From Candidatus Poribacteria bacterium (lineage in GTDB: Bacteria; Poribacteria; WGA-4E; WGA-3G), in NCBI GenBank assembly GCA_965197475.1, contig CBDANF010000003.1, positions 3,456,001-3,520,000 of the forward strand: a stretch of DNA of 64,000 nt, read 5' to 3'. A program made the position numbers and the translations under genes. Numbering within the stretch: position 1 is the stretch's first letter; the number at the start of each line of letters is the position of its first letter. Positions 20,252-30,569 of the stretch are shown here, piece by piece. The notes beneath the pieces were generated by a model. It had not been told where the DNA came from. It ran no database searches and saw nothing but the letters and a program-made list of their open reading frames with translations.

Positions 20252-21277
20252 CTAAAACACCTTTCCAATTCCTACCCTATTTATTATTTTCTCTGCCAAA
20301 ATCTTGAAGTCAAGGGATGCAGAATAGGCAGCAGTGGAATGGGCACCAATAGCTCCGTCAGCTGGTTTGAGATGAAAAATAGGTTTGCGCGCCTCTTGTG
20401 CCATCGGGACAAGACTACGATAGTGTTTGACGGTAGCAAGGGCATTTTTTTCATCTTCTGTCGGGGTTTCGGCATACGGACCCTTGTGATCGCCTAATAG
20501 ATTCCGAGCGTATTCAGCGGGCATCCGATTAACCCATTTGTCGTAAGCCTTGACCGGACACCCTAAACGAACACCGTGTTGTTGGACCACATAGCCAATC
20601 GGTTGAATCAATCCTTTAGGTATAAATAAATCAGAAATAGGGTTTCGACTATACCTGTCTTTCCAACCGTTTCGCCAATCTTGTAGCGTCGGACCGAGGT
20701 TCCGCAGCCCTTGAAGAGAGAAAAGATCAGCCCCGAGTGGAACAATAACGTAATCAGTAGCAACTAACACTGCCCTGTTCAAGGCACCTAAGTTGGGACC
20801 TACATCCACCAAGATAATATCGGTTTGCCGATCATTTGCCGCTTTTTGCAAAATTCGCCATAGTGCCGAAATCACTCGGAAGGCACGCGGACGACGGTCC
20901 AAACATTCCGGCCATTGACTTGAAAGTTCGTCTTCGGTCGAAGATAGCAGGAGATCTCCGACAATGAGGTTCAGTCCAGGAGTAAACATGTCCTGTGTTA
21001 TATTTTCTAAGTGAGGCGATTCAATGTCTCCTGTTCCATCCAAAAGTGGTTGGAGTGCATTATAGATAGTTTTTCTTTCCCCACTGTCAGGCCATAGTAC
21101 TTCCAGGCGTTCCTCATTGATAAACATACTAGTAAGGTTTGCCTGCGGATCAAGGTCGCACGCGAGTACACGATAACCCATGTCGGATAGCATCCACGCA
21201 AGATGATAAACAAGGGATGTTTTACCAACACCGCCTTTGTTATTAAAAAAAGTTAAAACTGGCACAGACATCGTCAT
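20252..21277 (-). CDS. ParA-family ATPase (AAA_31)
   Basis: FNNKGGVGKTS, DLDPQANLT, DVGPNLGALN. Confidence 0.9.
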   Translation of the reverse strand: MTMSVPVLTFFNNKGGVGKTSLVYHLAWMLSDMGYRVLACDLDPQANLTSMFINEERLEVLWPDSGERKTIYNALQPLLDGTGDIESPHLENITQDMFTPGLNLIVGDLLLSSTEDELSSQWPECLDRRPRAFRVISALWRILQKAANDRQTDIILVDVGPNLGALNRAVLVATDYVIVPLGADLFSLQGLRNLGPTLQDWRNGWKDRYSRNPISDLFIPKGLIQPIGYVVQQHGVRLGCPVKAYDKWVNRMPAEYARNLLGDHKGPYAETPTEDEKNALATVKHYRSLVPMAQEARKPIFHLKPADGAIGAHSTAAYSASLDFKILAEKIINRVGIGKVF

Positions 21278-22497
21278 GCCCTCTTGGTATTTGACACCGC
21301 TTTTATTGTAGCGATTGCATTAGCATTATCAATCTCAAATTGCGGTTCTGGCTGACCGGCTTCTTCCAATAATCTTCTTGCTATTAATATACCCATACCG
21401 AAATGCTGCACAAAGCCGAGAGTTCGCATCGCTTCCGCCAAATTGGGGTTCCGATAGTCAGTAAGACCTGGTTTACCAAAATTCTCAGGGGTTACAGCAC
21501 CGAATATACCTCCGGGGCTAAAAACCTCAATCCGGTTGTTGAACCAGTACACACGTACTGGTGCATTTGTCCCTTCATAAGTCCTGTGCATGATCGCATT
21601 TCGGGTAATCTGTTGCAGTGCCTCAATCGGATAAAGTGCAGTTCGCTTCTCAACAGGACCCGACATAATATCAACGGCAACTCGGTTATGCGCAATCAGT
21701 TTATCGTCTAAACGGCGAATTTGGTCAGAAATAGCCCCACGAATCTCTTCGCTGTCAAGAATCGGATCTACGAGTTCATTCCCATCAATTCTGAGGAACT
21801 GCACATAAGCCCCATATAGAAAATCTTGAGGATTCTTTCCGATAGTGAGAATTCCAAGTACAGTAGGCGTTGGTTGGTCGGCAGCAGTGATCATCTTTGT
21901 AGCTGCCAATTGTTCATTCAAAGTTCGTTCGTTAAGTGCTAATATCTCTTCAGAAACAGCTTGCGGTAGATACTCGTAATTGAACAAGGCAAGATTGAGG
22001 TCAGAAATGCTGGCGGTGGGGATAGGATACAAGTCAAATGGACGGTCCCCATATCGGCGTTTTTCGTTGAGAACCCTTTCATCTTGTATTGTTGCGGTGC
22101 CTCGCCGTGGTCCAATACGTATATGGATGGCACTTTTATATCGCACTGGCGGTGAATCGGAAGGTTCCACTTTAACTACGGCAACTTCCTTTCCTCGCAA
22201 CACACGTTTTTCAACGGCCAGCGACGGTGGCGGCACGGTATTTCCATCTGTTTTCATATCTGCCAATTGTCGGAGTAATTCGTCCGTAACCGATAGACCT
22301 GCAATAGTTTTATCTTTCCTTATCCCGATAAAAACGAATCCTGGTTTTTCGTGGCGAGGCAGATCGTTGGCAAAAGCGCAAATAGCCTCCCTAATTTCTT
22401 TTGGAGCACTGCCGGACAGAGACTCCTTGAACTCAATTCGATCAGATTCATCGTCCTCAATAATTTGTAGCAACTCCGCATCTGTAAACTGCCGCAT
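21274..22497 (-). CDS. Schlafen/AlbA_2 domain + HATPase_c_4 protein (start revised to ATG 22497)
   Basis: ESDRIEFKES, ICAFAND, NAIMHRTY, YRNPNLAEAM..LGFV..FGMGI; RBS-like AGGA before MRQFTD. Confidence 0.85.
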   Translation of the reverse strand: MRQFTDAELLQIIEDDESDRIEFKESLSGSAPKEIREAICAFANDLPRHEKPGFVFIGIRKDKTIAGLSVTDELLRQLADMKTDGNTVPPPSLAVEKRVLRGKEVAVVKVEPSDSPPVRYKSAIHIRIGPRRGTATIQDERVLNEKRRYGDRPFDLYPIPTASISDLNLALFNYEYLPQAVSEEILALNERTLNEQLAATKMITAADQPTPTVLGILTIGKNPQDFLYGAYVQFLRIDGNELVDPILDSEEIRGAISDQIRRLDDKLIAHNRVAVDIMSGPVEKRTALYPIEALQQITRNAIMHRTYEGTNAPVRVYWFNNRIEVFSPGGIFGAVTPENFGKPGLTDYRNPNLAEAMRTLGFVQHFGMGILIARRLLEEAGQPEPQFEIDNANAIATIKAVSNTKRA

Positions 22498-22621
22498 TTC
22501 GATTCCTATTAATTTGATGCCTGTTAGCCGTCTGTATTTTTTACAACAATCAACTATCGTCCGTATACTAAGTATATAGTGGGAAGTAACCGTTGTCAAC
22601 GCTAATTTCCATGTTAAAAAA

Positions 22622-24274
22622 TCAATACAACACATGCACCCGATTTTTACCACGTAGCGTCTCATCAGGCATCACAATCGGCATCTCAACGATAGCGATA
22701 AACGATCCATCCTGACTAATAGCAAGCGCATCGTAAGGGAGCTGCCCCTCCGTGCGATAGGTGTAAAGATATTTTGCCAACCCATCACCCTTTACAGTCA
22801 GATCGAACATAGAAACGCCATGGAGACTTTCGTTCGGATTTTGACTCCGCTTAGAAACAGCCAATGCAGCATACCGTCCCTTCGTATCAATACGTAAACC
22901 TTGCGGCATATTCTCAAGCTTCCACTGCCAAACCTTTTCTCCACCCCACGAATACGCAAAAACCGTCATTCCGTTAGGATGCAGTGTAGACGGACGTTGT
23001 GCCCCCTTTTGAAGATGGTATGGGATATACGTATCGCCTGTAACAAATAGAGCGGCAGCGTCTGTTGCACCAATCGTGCCGGTTGTCGCAATAATCGGCA
23101 CACCGCTCACTTCCATCGGTGTTGCTAAATTCTGTTTCCATATCGGTTCCGAAAGGTTTACATCAAAAATGAAAGCGCGTCCATCATCCGTTGTAATGTT
23201 GATAAACTTACCATCCGATGACATGCTGACTCCGCGCCAAAAAGTAACCCCTTCAAAATACGGAGTAAGCGGTTCAATATCCGCGTGCCAATTTTCTGTT
23301 CCAGCCGCCACATCAATCACAGATAGTGTCCCATTCCCCTTACCACTTTCATCTGAAACAAGTGCAAGCACTTTTCCATCAGCACTGATGTCAAACCATC
23401 GAAATATCTTATGCATAGCCTCCTCACGAGGCCATTTCCATTTGACATTCCCCGTTTTAGCGTCAAACCGATAGAGCATAGACCACTTTTGAGGCATTTC
23501 ATTATGTGTCCACGAATGCACGCCTGCAACTAATAGATCTCCGTTAGGCAGTGTCCGCATACACGACTGACCGGGATAACTAACCCACGCATATACACTC
23601 CCTGGATTACTCGGCATAGAGGTCTCAATATCGTCTGCTGTCCGGTATTTCCAACGAAACTCTGGAGTCGCACCTGTCAGGTCATAACAATAGATAAATC
23701 CGTCCGCCGCTTGTTCGCCAATGTAAAGTACGGAATTATCAACACTAAATGCGATGTGCCTAACATAACCTTCTGAAATACGGGTTTTCCAAACCGTCTC
23801 ACCTGTCATCGGTTGGATAATCGCAAGGTGTCCCCTATCTGTAGCAACTGCAAGTTTATGTGTCCCAGTTCCGTCCCCAAAAGCAACTGCAGTCGGTTTT
23901 GCAGGTTGACGTAGATTTTCCATCAGCGACAAGAGACCATCTAACTCAATCGTCCGGATGAGGTAAGGAACAGGTTTCAGCGGAGAAATCGCTTTAATTG
24001 TGTTTTGACTTAAACGGAATTTATAACTTTTATTCGGATGCCAAGCAAATTGCAGTAAAACCCGTTTCTCATCAATTTTTTGTGATGACACCGTTTTAAA
24101 TCTTGTGGTATCCTGTCCGATAGCAACTTCAATTTTCTCGCTAAGTTCGCCTTTCGTTTCAGATTCAAGCACTACACCTGTCCGAACCCAGACGACGTTT
24201 AAATCAGCCATCACCACACTGATCGGCAGAATAAAAAACAAAAATAGTAAACAAAAAATTCGGATCTGTTTCAT
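22622..24274 (-). CDS. Secreted PQQ-like/WD40 beta-propeller protein
   Basis: Signal peptide; repeated D..TG...W and F/ISxDG blade motifs. Confidence 0.75.
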   Translation of the reverse strand: MKQIRIFCLLFLFFILPISVVMADLNVVWVRTGVVLESETKGELSEKIEVAIGQDTTRFKTVSSQKIDEKRVLLQFAWHPNKSYKFRLSQNTIKAISPLKPVPYLIRTIELDGLLSLMENLRQPAKPTAVAFGDGTGTHKLAVATDRGHLAIIQPMTGETVWKTRISEGYVRHIAFSVDNSVLYIGEQAADGFIYCYDLTGATPEFRWKYRTADDIETSMPSNPGSVYAWVSYPGQSCMRTLPNGDLLVAGVHSWTHNEMPQKWSMLYRFDAKTGNVKWKWPREEAMHKIFRWFDISADGKVLALVSDESGKGNGTLSVIDVAAGTENWHADIEPLTPYFEGVTFWRGVSMSSDGKFINITTDDGRAFIFDVNLSEPIWKQNLATPMEVSGVPIIATTGTIGATDAAALFVTGDTYIPYHLQKGAQRPSTLHPNGMTVFAYSWGGEKVWQWKLENMPQGLRIDTKGRYAALAVSKRSQNPNESLHGVSMFDLTVKGDGLAKYLYTYRTEGQLPYDALAISQDGSFIAIVEMPIVMPDETLRGKNRVHVLY

Positions 24275-24385
24275 TGAAATATGTCCTCACAATAGATAGA
24301 AAATAAGAGATAAGTAGGATCTGGTAGGCACGCTTTGATGAAGTTTAATTTTTTAATTCGGTAATTCTAATTATTCCCAATCCCT

Positions 24386-24930
24386 GTAGGTGCGGTTTCC
24401 TAACTGCCCATAAGCGTCAATTTTAGGAAATGCATCTGTTTTTTATAGTTGTGTAAGCCCCAGCGGGGCGAAAGGTATATAGAAAAACGATACCCTAAAG
24501 GATTGAGCCCCAGCGGAGCGAAATGTGTATAGAAACGCGGGTAAACAACCCTCTTATACCAAATTAACCCGATTTGTAGCGCGAGGTCTCCGTGCCTCGC
24601 AATACTGACTTTATCAGAAAAATACTAATCCCGTTAATTTGGTATTAGCCCCAGCGGGGCGAAATGTGTATCAATAAATCTTATGTTGATGTCTACGGTG
24701 TTTCTATTAACACAGACTATCACTCAAGAACTCTAAAAATTGTTCAAAAGTAATTCTACAAAAGAGGTATACCAGTGTCTATACTAACACAGGTTTCCGA
24801 TAAAATGCAAGATATACTTCACCTTCAGAGCCATTCAATTGTCACGAAATACTCTTGTGGGAGGCCTTCTATCCCGATTTATGTGGATGGCAGACCGTAG
24901 GTTGGGTAGAGCTTGCGAAACCTAACTTTT
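24386..24930. repeat. Mosaic of REP-like palindromes with a MITE-like insertion
   Basis: AGCCCCAGCGG(G/A)GCGAAA three times, TGTAGGTGCGGTTTCCTAAC, GTAGCGCGAGG..CCTCGC, GTAGGTTGGG..CCTAAC, and a TIR element at 24554-24647. Confidence 0.7.
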
Positions 24931-25050
24931 TTGGCAGCTGTGCATCGTAATTCCGACAAACCGCCCACCAATTCCACCTTGACAAAACCGACAAAATCCG
25001 CTATCATAAATCGCACAATAACACATCGGAACCGCAACAGGAGAAACCGT

Positions 25051-25803
25051 ATTTACGAAATAATCATTTTATGTTTTGGGACATGGCTCACAGGTGTAAG
25101 CAAAGCAGGCTTCGGCGGCGGCATCGGCATGATAGTTGTCCCGCTATTTACGCAGTTCCGGCCTGCACGAAACGTCATCGCACTCATGCTCCCTTTACTT
25201 TTCTCAACAGATGTCATCTCACTGGGACACTACTGGAAACAGTGGCACCGCAAAAGCATCTAGCAATTGATTCCCGGAGCCATAATCGGCATTGCACTCG
25301 CCAGTTTCATCTTAAAAGACATTTCAGATGTCCACCTAAAGAAGATAATCGGAGGGATTGCTTGTCTATTTGCCACATTAGAATTTTCTCGATCCCAACT
25401 GAAACAGCGACTGAACCCAGATGCTGCGGAAGAACCGGTGATACACTTCAAAACATGGCATGGCTTACTATTAGGCACCCTTGCAGGCATATTTTCAACG
25501 CTCGCACACATGGCGGGACCGGTCATCGTCATGTATCTTCTACCACAAAGGTTAGGCAACCGAACATTCGTTGCAACAACAACATTACTTTACTTTTTTA
25601 TCAATCTGGCTAAGATTCCGGCATATTTTCAACTCGGAATGTTTTCGTTCGAACTCATTATTGAAGCTTTAGCACTTCTCCCGTTTGTCGGACTCGGCGT
25701 ACAGGTCGGGGTATTCCTGAACAATCGATTCCCAGAACGAATCTTTTCCAGAATCATACTAATCGTCCTATTTGCAACCGGCATACATCTATTAATGAGT
25801 TGA
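25051..25803 (+). pseudogene. TauE/SafE-family sulfite exporter interrupted by an in-frame TAG (25261-25263)
   Basis: GVSKAGFGGGIG..., LAHMAGP; ORFs 24913-25263 and 25267-25803 are the same frame. The codon after the AGGAGA RBS is ATT. Confidence 0.8.
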
Positions 25804-25838
25804 GGAGTACACTGAATAGTTTTCAATAGTAAGTTCAA

Positions 25839-26330
25839 CTAATCTATCTCACCTGCTTCTTGTAAGACTTTATTGATGAGCGATTCACTCAGTCGCATGC
25901 CGTTAGCCCGCAACTGAATTAAAAGTGGTTTGGTAGCAACAATCAAACCCTCTTCCTTTGCCTCCAGCAAAACGCCTAATGTGCCCTTAACCTTTAATCC
26001 AACTTTTGTGGCTCTCCGTCTTCCCTTATTTTCATCAAGAATAACAAGCCGTGCATCATGTTCAACTGCTAGCGCGAAAACTTCGGCTTCTCCAGCGTCA
26101 ATACCTTGATAAATTGTAGCACTTTGGGAATTTGTCACATCTACAACTTTAATCCACGGTGCTTTGTTGAGTACTTCCCGATAGAATGTTTGATCTACTA
26201 CTAAAAACTCTTTTTCAACTTCTCTTGGAATCCACACCTCGGTGTAGAGATCTCGTAATAACGGAAGGCAATTGAGACCCGAAAGACCAATAAGCGGACT
26301 CGTATTGCTAATAACTGGTTGTATCGGCAT
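25839..26330 (-). CDS. DUF3368 PIN-domain protein (putative toxin)
   Basis: VISNTSPLI, IDAGEAEVFALA, VILDE..GR, GTLGVLL.AK. Confidence 0.9.
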   Translation of the reverse strand: MPIQPVISNTSPLIGLSGLNCLPLLRDLYTEVWIPREVEKEFLVVDQTFYREVLNKAPWIKVVDVTNSQSATIYQGIDAGEAEVFALAVEHDARLVILDENKGRRRATKVGLKVKGTLGVLLEAKEEGLIVATKPLLIQLRANGMRLSESLINKVLQEAGEID

Positions 26331-26332
26331 TC

Positions 26333-27763
26333 TTAAAATCCGCTATTGATGAGCTCTTCTTCATTAACATACAAAGGAGAGAGTCCATAATCCCCCATCA
26401 GCAATATGAATTCAACGCGTGGCACCCTCGCAAGGCGCGCCGCGAGTCCACTGCTGAGTATATCGTCTCCGTAATACTTCATGCCTAATGCTATCCGCGC
26501 CTCTTTATCAATTTCAAACGGCTCGCTTCGTGGTGTCAACAGATCAACAATCTCTTTTGGCAAACGATCCTCTATTTTCTGTTCAAAAGCATCTATGCTC
26601 CTGTATGTATTGTGAAACACATCCGCGACATCTACGTCTTGTAGGAGTGCAGCTGTCAGGTCGGTTTTCGCTTCTTCCCAATCTTTCGCAAGCAGCCACG
26701 CTTCGCCTCGTGTGTAATAGTATTCGGCAACCTTCGGTCTGAGTTTTAGTGCTTCAGTATAATCCGCAATTGCATTGTCTAACTCAACTTTGGCACGATA
26801 CGCGTTGCCCCGATTATAATAGGCGTTGATATAATCGGGTTGTAGTTGTATTACTTTATTATAGTCTTTTATGGCATTATCTAAATCGTCTTTATTGGCG
26901 TAAGCAGTGCCCCGGTTGTTGTATACCTCGGCATAATCCGGTTTGAGTTGTATTGCTATGTTATAGTCTTTTATAGCATTATCAAAATCGTCTTTATTGG
27001 CGTAAGCAGCACCCCGATTGTAATAGAACCCCGCACACTCCGGTTTGAGTTGTATTGCTATGTTATAGTCTTTTATAGCATTATCAAAATCGTCTTTATT
27101 GGCGTAAGCAGCCCCGCGACCGTTATATGCCTCAGCATAATTGGGTTTAAGTTCTACAGCGGAAGTATAGTCTTTTATGGCGTTATCAAAATCGTCTTTA
27201 TTGGCGTAAGTAAATCCACGATTGTAATAGGTGTTTGCATCATTGGAATTTAGTTTTACTGATCTATTATAGTCTTCTAGAGCATTGTCTAAATCGTCTT
27301 TATTGAAGTAAACAGTACCGCGATTATAGTATGCTTTAGCATCATCGGGATTGAGTTGTATTGCTTTATCAAAGTTTTCTATGGCGTTATCAAAATCGTC
27401 TTTATTGGCGTAAGCAAATCCGAGACCGTTGTAAGCATTGGCATAATCAGGTTTGAGTTGTATCGTCTTATTGAAGTTCTTGATAGCGTTGTCGAAATCG
27501 CCTTTGCGAGCGTAGGTGATGCCTCGATTGTAATAGGCATTGGTAAACTCTGGAACCAGTGCGATCACATTGTTAAACTGTGCGATTCCCTCGTCATACT
27601 TTCCTTTTTCACAATAAGCAATACCACGTTTGTTGTACGCATCCGCTTCATCATTGATGGCAGTTGCTGTCTTTATATACTCTCCAATGGCCATGTTAGG
27701 CTTACCTATATGGCTGTATGCGCTGCCGGCAGCAGAAAGATCCGAGTTCGGTTGTAGCATCAC
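26333..27763 (-). CDS. TPR-repeat protein fused to a C-terminal UPF0175 (antitoxin-like) domain
   Basis: About 10 TPRs (AYYNRG...NAIKDY..AIQLKP); tail ARIALGMKYY...LSSGLAARLARVPRVEFILLMGDYG. Confidence 0.85.
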   Translation of the reverse strand: MMLQPNSDLSAAGSAYSHIGKPNMAIGEYIKTATAINDEADAYNKRGIAYCEKGKYDEGIAQFNNVIALVPEFTNAYYNRGITYARKGDFDNAIKNFNKTIQLKPDYANAYNGLGFAYANKDDFDNAIENFDKAIQLNPDDAKAYYNRGTVYFNKDDLDNALEDYNRSVKLNSNDANTYYNRGFTYANKDDFDNAIKDYTSAVELKPNYAEAYNGRGAAYANKDDFDNAIKDYNIAIQLKPECAGFYYNRGAAYANKDDFDNAIKDYNIAIQLKPDYAEVYNNRGTAYANKDDLDNAIKDYNKVIQLQPDYINAYYNRGNAYRAKVELDNAIADYTEALKLRPKVAEYYYTRGEAWLLAKDWEEAKTDLTAALLQDVDVADVFHNTYRSIDAFEQKIEDRLPKEIVDLLTPRSEPFEIDKEARIALGMKYYGDDILSSGLAARLARVPRVEFILLMGDYGLSPLYVNEEELINSGF

Positions 27764-27985
27764 TTTTCACCCGCACAATGTGAGTTGTTTAAAGGTAATA
27801 ATAACATGCAAGATCAGCAGATGTCAACCGAAATCTGAATTGCGGATAATCCGCGATTCAGACAACAATCCCGAAAATCATGGTTCAGACAGGTATCTAC
27901 AGTCCCTTGATTTCATTCGAAAAATATGATATGCTATTTATCAATGTGAAAGTCTGCACAATCTATACATGTCGGAGTTGCTGTT

Positions 27986-29416
27986 ATGAACGTTAAAAAC
28001 AGAACCCTTTTTATTGCTGATAATCTTGACATTATGCAAGGTATAGATTCTCAAACAGTTGACCTTATTTATCTTGACCCACCTTTTAAATCGGGTAAAC
28101 AGTGGAAAGCCCCCATCGGTTCACCCGCAGAAGGCGCAGAATTTAAGGACATCTGGACGAATGAGGATGTCAAAGACGGTTGGTATAGTGAAATCGCTGA
28201 GCACTATCCACATATCCATCAGATTATCCAAGCCGCCGAGTATACCTACGATCATTCTATGACGATCTACCTTATGGCAATGAGTATCAGACTGATTGAA
28301 ATGCATAGAATTCTAAAATCTACGGGTTCAATCTATCTCCATTGTGATCCCACCGCAAGTCACTATTTGAAATTAGTATTAGACAGTCTATTTGGCAGAA
28401 AAAACCTTCGGAACGAAATTGTGTGGCAGCGCGCATCAGGGCGCGCAAAGGGTAGTCAATTCGAAAGCAGATCACTTGGCAGGGACACCGATAATATATT
28501 TCATTATTCTAAATCAGAAATTTTTACACATAATAAAGTCACTCAATCTTTAACAGAAGCAGAGATACTTGAAAAATTCCCCCATACCGATTCAAATGGG
28601 CGCAGATATAACACACAAACTCCGCTATTCTGTCAACCGTCAATGGGAGCTCGTCCAAATTTATGTTATGAATACAAAGGTGTAAAAAACCCTCATCCAT
28701 CAGGTTGGCGCGTCAGTAAAGAAAAATTGATAAAAATGGATGAAGCTGGCGATATTATTTGGCGTGAAGAAAAACGTCCCCTACGTAAATCTTACGCAGA
28801 CCAATATGCAGGTAAACCCATAGGTTCATTATGGATCGATGTGTCTATTGCAGCAGGAAAAGAACGAACAGGATACCCAACACAAAAACCGCTTGCCCTT
28901 CTTGACCGCATTATCAAAGCCTCCTCCAATGAGGGTGATTTTGTGTTAGACCCATTTTGTGGTTGTGCCACTGCTTGCGTTGCTGCAGAGAAACTTCAAC
29001 GGCAATGGATCGGTATAGACATTTCACCCGCCGCAGAAGTTATCACAAAAATCCGTCTTGATGAAGCAAGCGAACAAGGTGCTTTATTTTCTCCTCTTCA
29101 GATATCAGATGTCACTGTTACGCGCGAACCCCCAATTAGAACCGACACTGAACCGCAAGCAACTCAACAAAAAAAGTTGCCAAACTACACAGTCCACAAA
29201 AACTATCTTTACGGTGAGCAAGAAGGATTCTGCAATGGCTGCCGAGATCACTTCAAAATCAGAAACCTCACCGTAGATCATATCGTGCCACAATCTAAAG
29301 GAGGCACCGATCATCCAAAAAACCTGCAACTACTTTGCCACACGTGTAACGCAACAAAAGGCAAAAGCACACAAGAAAAATTAATTGAGCGATTAAAAAC
29401 ACAAGGAGTCATATAA
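27986..29416 (+). CDS. N6/N4 DNA methyltransferase with C-terminal HNH endonuclease
   Basis: IYLDPPF, YPTQKP, VLDPFCGCAT; CNGC...DHIVPQSKGG...NLQLLCHTCN. Confidence 0.9.
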   Translation: MNVKNRTLFIADNLDIMQGIDSQTVDLIYLDPPFKSGKQWKAPIGSPAEGAEFKDIWTNEDVKDGWYSEIAEHYPHIHQIIQAAEYTYDHSMTIYLMAMSIRLIEMHRILKSTGSIYLHCDPTASHYLKLVLDSLFGRKNLRNEIVWQRASGRAKGSQFESRSLGRDTDNIFHYSKSEIFTHNKVTQSLTEAEILEKFPHTDSNGRRYNTQTPLFCQPSMGARPNLCYEYKGVKNPHPSGWRVSKEKLIKMDEAGDIIWREEKRPLRKSYADQYAGKPIGSLWIDVSIAAGKERTGYPTQKPLALLDRIIKASSNEGDFVLDPFCGCATACVAAEKLQRQWIGIDISPAAEVITKIRLDEASEQGALFSPLQISDVTVTREPPIRTDTEPQATQQKKLPNYTVHKNYLYGEQEGFCNGCRDHFKIRNLTVDHIVPQSKGGTDHPKNLQLLCHTCNATKGKSTQEKLIERLKTQGVI

Positions 29417-30397
29417 ATGACACTAAAATGGGGCGTACTCGGTGCAGGAAGCGTAGCACAACGCCGAGCAATGCCCGCCATCCAAAAAGCAACAGGCGCA
29501 GAACTGCATGCCCTTTTTTCACGAGACGTAGCACGCGCCAAACAACTCGCAACAGAGCATAACGCTACAGTAGGATATAACAACGTTAACGATCTACTCG
29601 CTGACTCCGAACTTGACGCGATATACGTCGCAACTCCGGTCAATTTGCACTGTGAACAAGTCATCAATGTCGCAGAACACGGTTTACATGTCCTCTGCGA
29701 CAAACCGATGGCACTCACGCCACAAGAATGTGAACGGATGATCGCTGCATGTGAAGCAAACGACGTGCATCTACAAGTCTGCTTTCTCTTCCGATTCCAT
29801 TCCTGTTTTCAGCAGATTAGAACGTGGGTTGACGAAAACCGCCTTGGACGGATAGTTCACGGCAGGATGCCATTCCTGAAAAAATACCTATTAACCACCG
29901 ACGAGTGGCGCGCACAACCCGATAAAGGCGGCGGTGGATGTATGATGGATTTGGGACCGCATAGTATTGATATGCTCCGTTACCTCATCGGAGAGGTCAC
30001 AGAGGTCGCCGCATTTTGTAACAGTCCAATCTACAACTACCAAGTCGAGGAAACCGGCGGTATTCTAATGCGGTTTCACAATGGCGCACAAGCGTTCACA
30101 GACCTCAGTTTCTCTGTCGCACAATGCGATATTGTCCTTGAACTCTACGGCACAGAAGGCACCGTATCCGTTTTGAACGACGACGGGTGGAAAATCCACA
30201 CCTGTTTTAATGGTGAAAAACAGGTTATCACATCTCAATTTGAGGACCTGTATCAACACCAGTTTGCACATTTTGCGGAATGTGTTGCGACAGACACCGC
30301 ACCGCTTGCCAGTGGCAACGATGGCTTAAGGGCAAACACCATCATTGCCGCAGCATACCAATCTGCCAGCACCGGACAGGTTGTTCAATGTACATAG
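29417..30397 (+). CDS. Gfo/Idh/MocA oxidoreductase
   Basis: WGVLGAGSVA, HVLCDKP, GGGCMMDLGPH. Confidence 0.9.
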   Translation: MTLKWGVLGAGSVAQRRAMPAIQKATGAELHALFSRDVARAKQLATEHNATVGYNNVNDLLADSELDAIYVATPVNLHCEQVINVAEHGLHVLCDKPMALTPQECERMIAACEANDVHLQVCFLFRFHSCFQQIRTWVDENRLGRIVHGRMPFLKKYLLTTDEWRAQPDKGGGGCMMDLGPHSIDMLRYLIGEVTEVAAFCNSPIYNYQVEETGGILMRFHNGAQAFTDLSFSVAQCDIVLELYGTEGTVSVLNDDGWKIHTCFNGEKQVITSQFEDLYQHQFAHFAECVATDTAPLASGNDGLRANTIIAAAYQSASTGQVVQCT

Positions 30398-30553
30398 TGC
30401 TTGATGTTCACCCTCAAGGAAACTAAAAACAACTATGCCAAAATGGCACACTTTTCACGAAACTTCAAAGAATATAGACAAATTGTCACGATTTTACACA
30501 GTGAAAAATATAGAAAACCCCGTCAAGTGTGAGTCCATCTATATTCCGAGAAT

Positions 30554-30569
30554 TGGCACGTATCTTGCT
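30554..30569 (+). promoter_or_regulatory. sigma54 (-24/-12) promoter upstream of groES
   Basis: TGGCACGTATCTTGCT matches TGGCAC-N5-TTGCW; palindrome TGCCA-AAA-TGGCA at 30436-30448. Confidence 0.7.
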
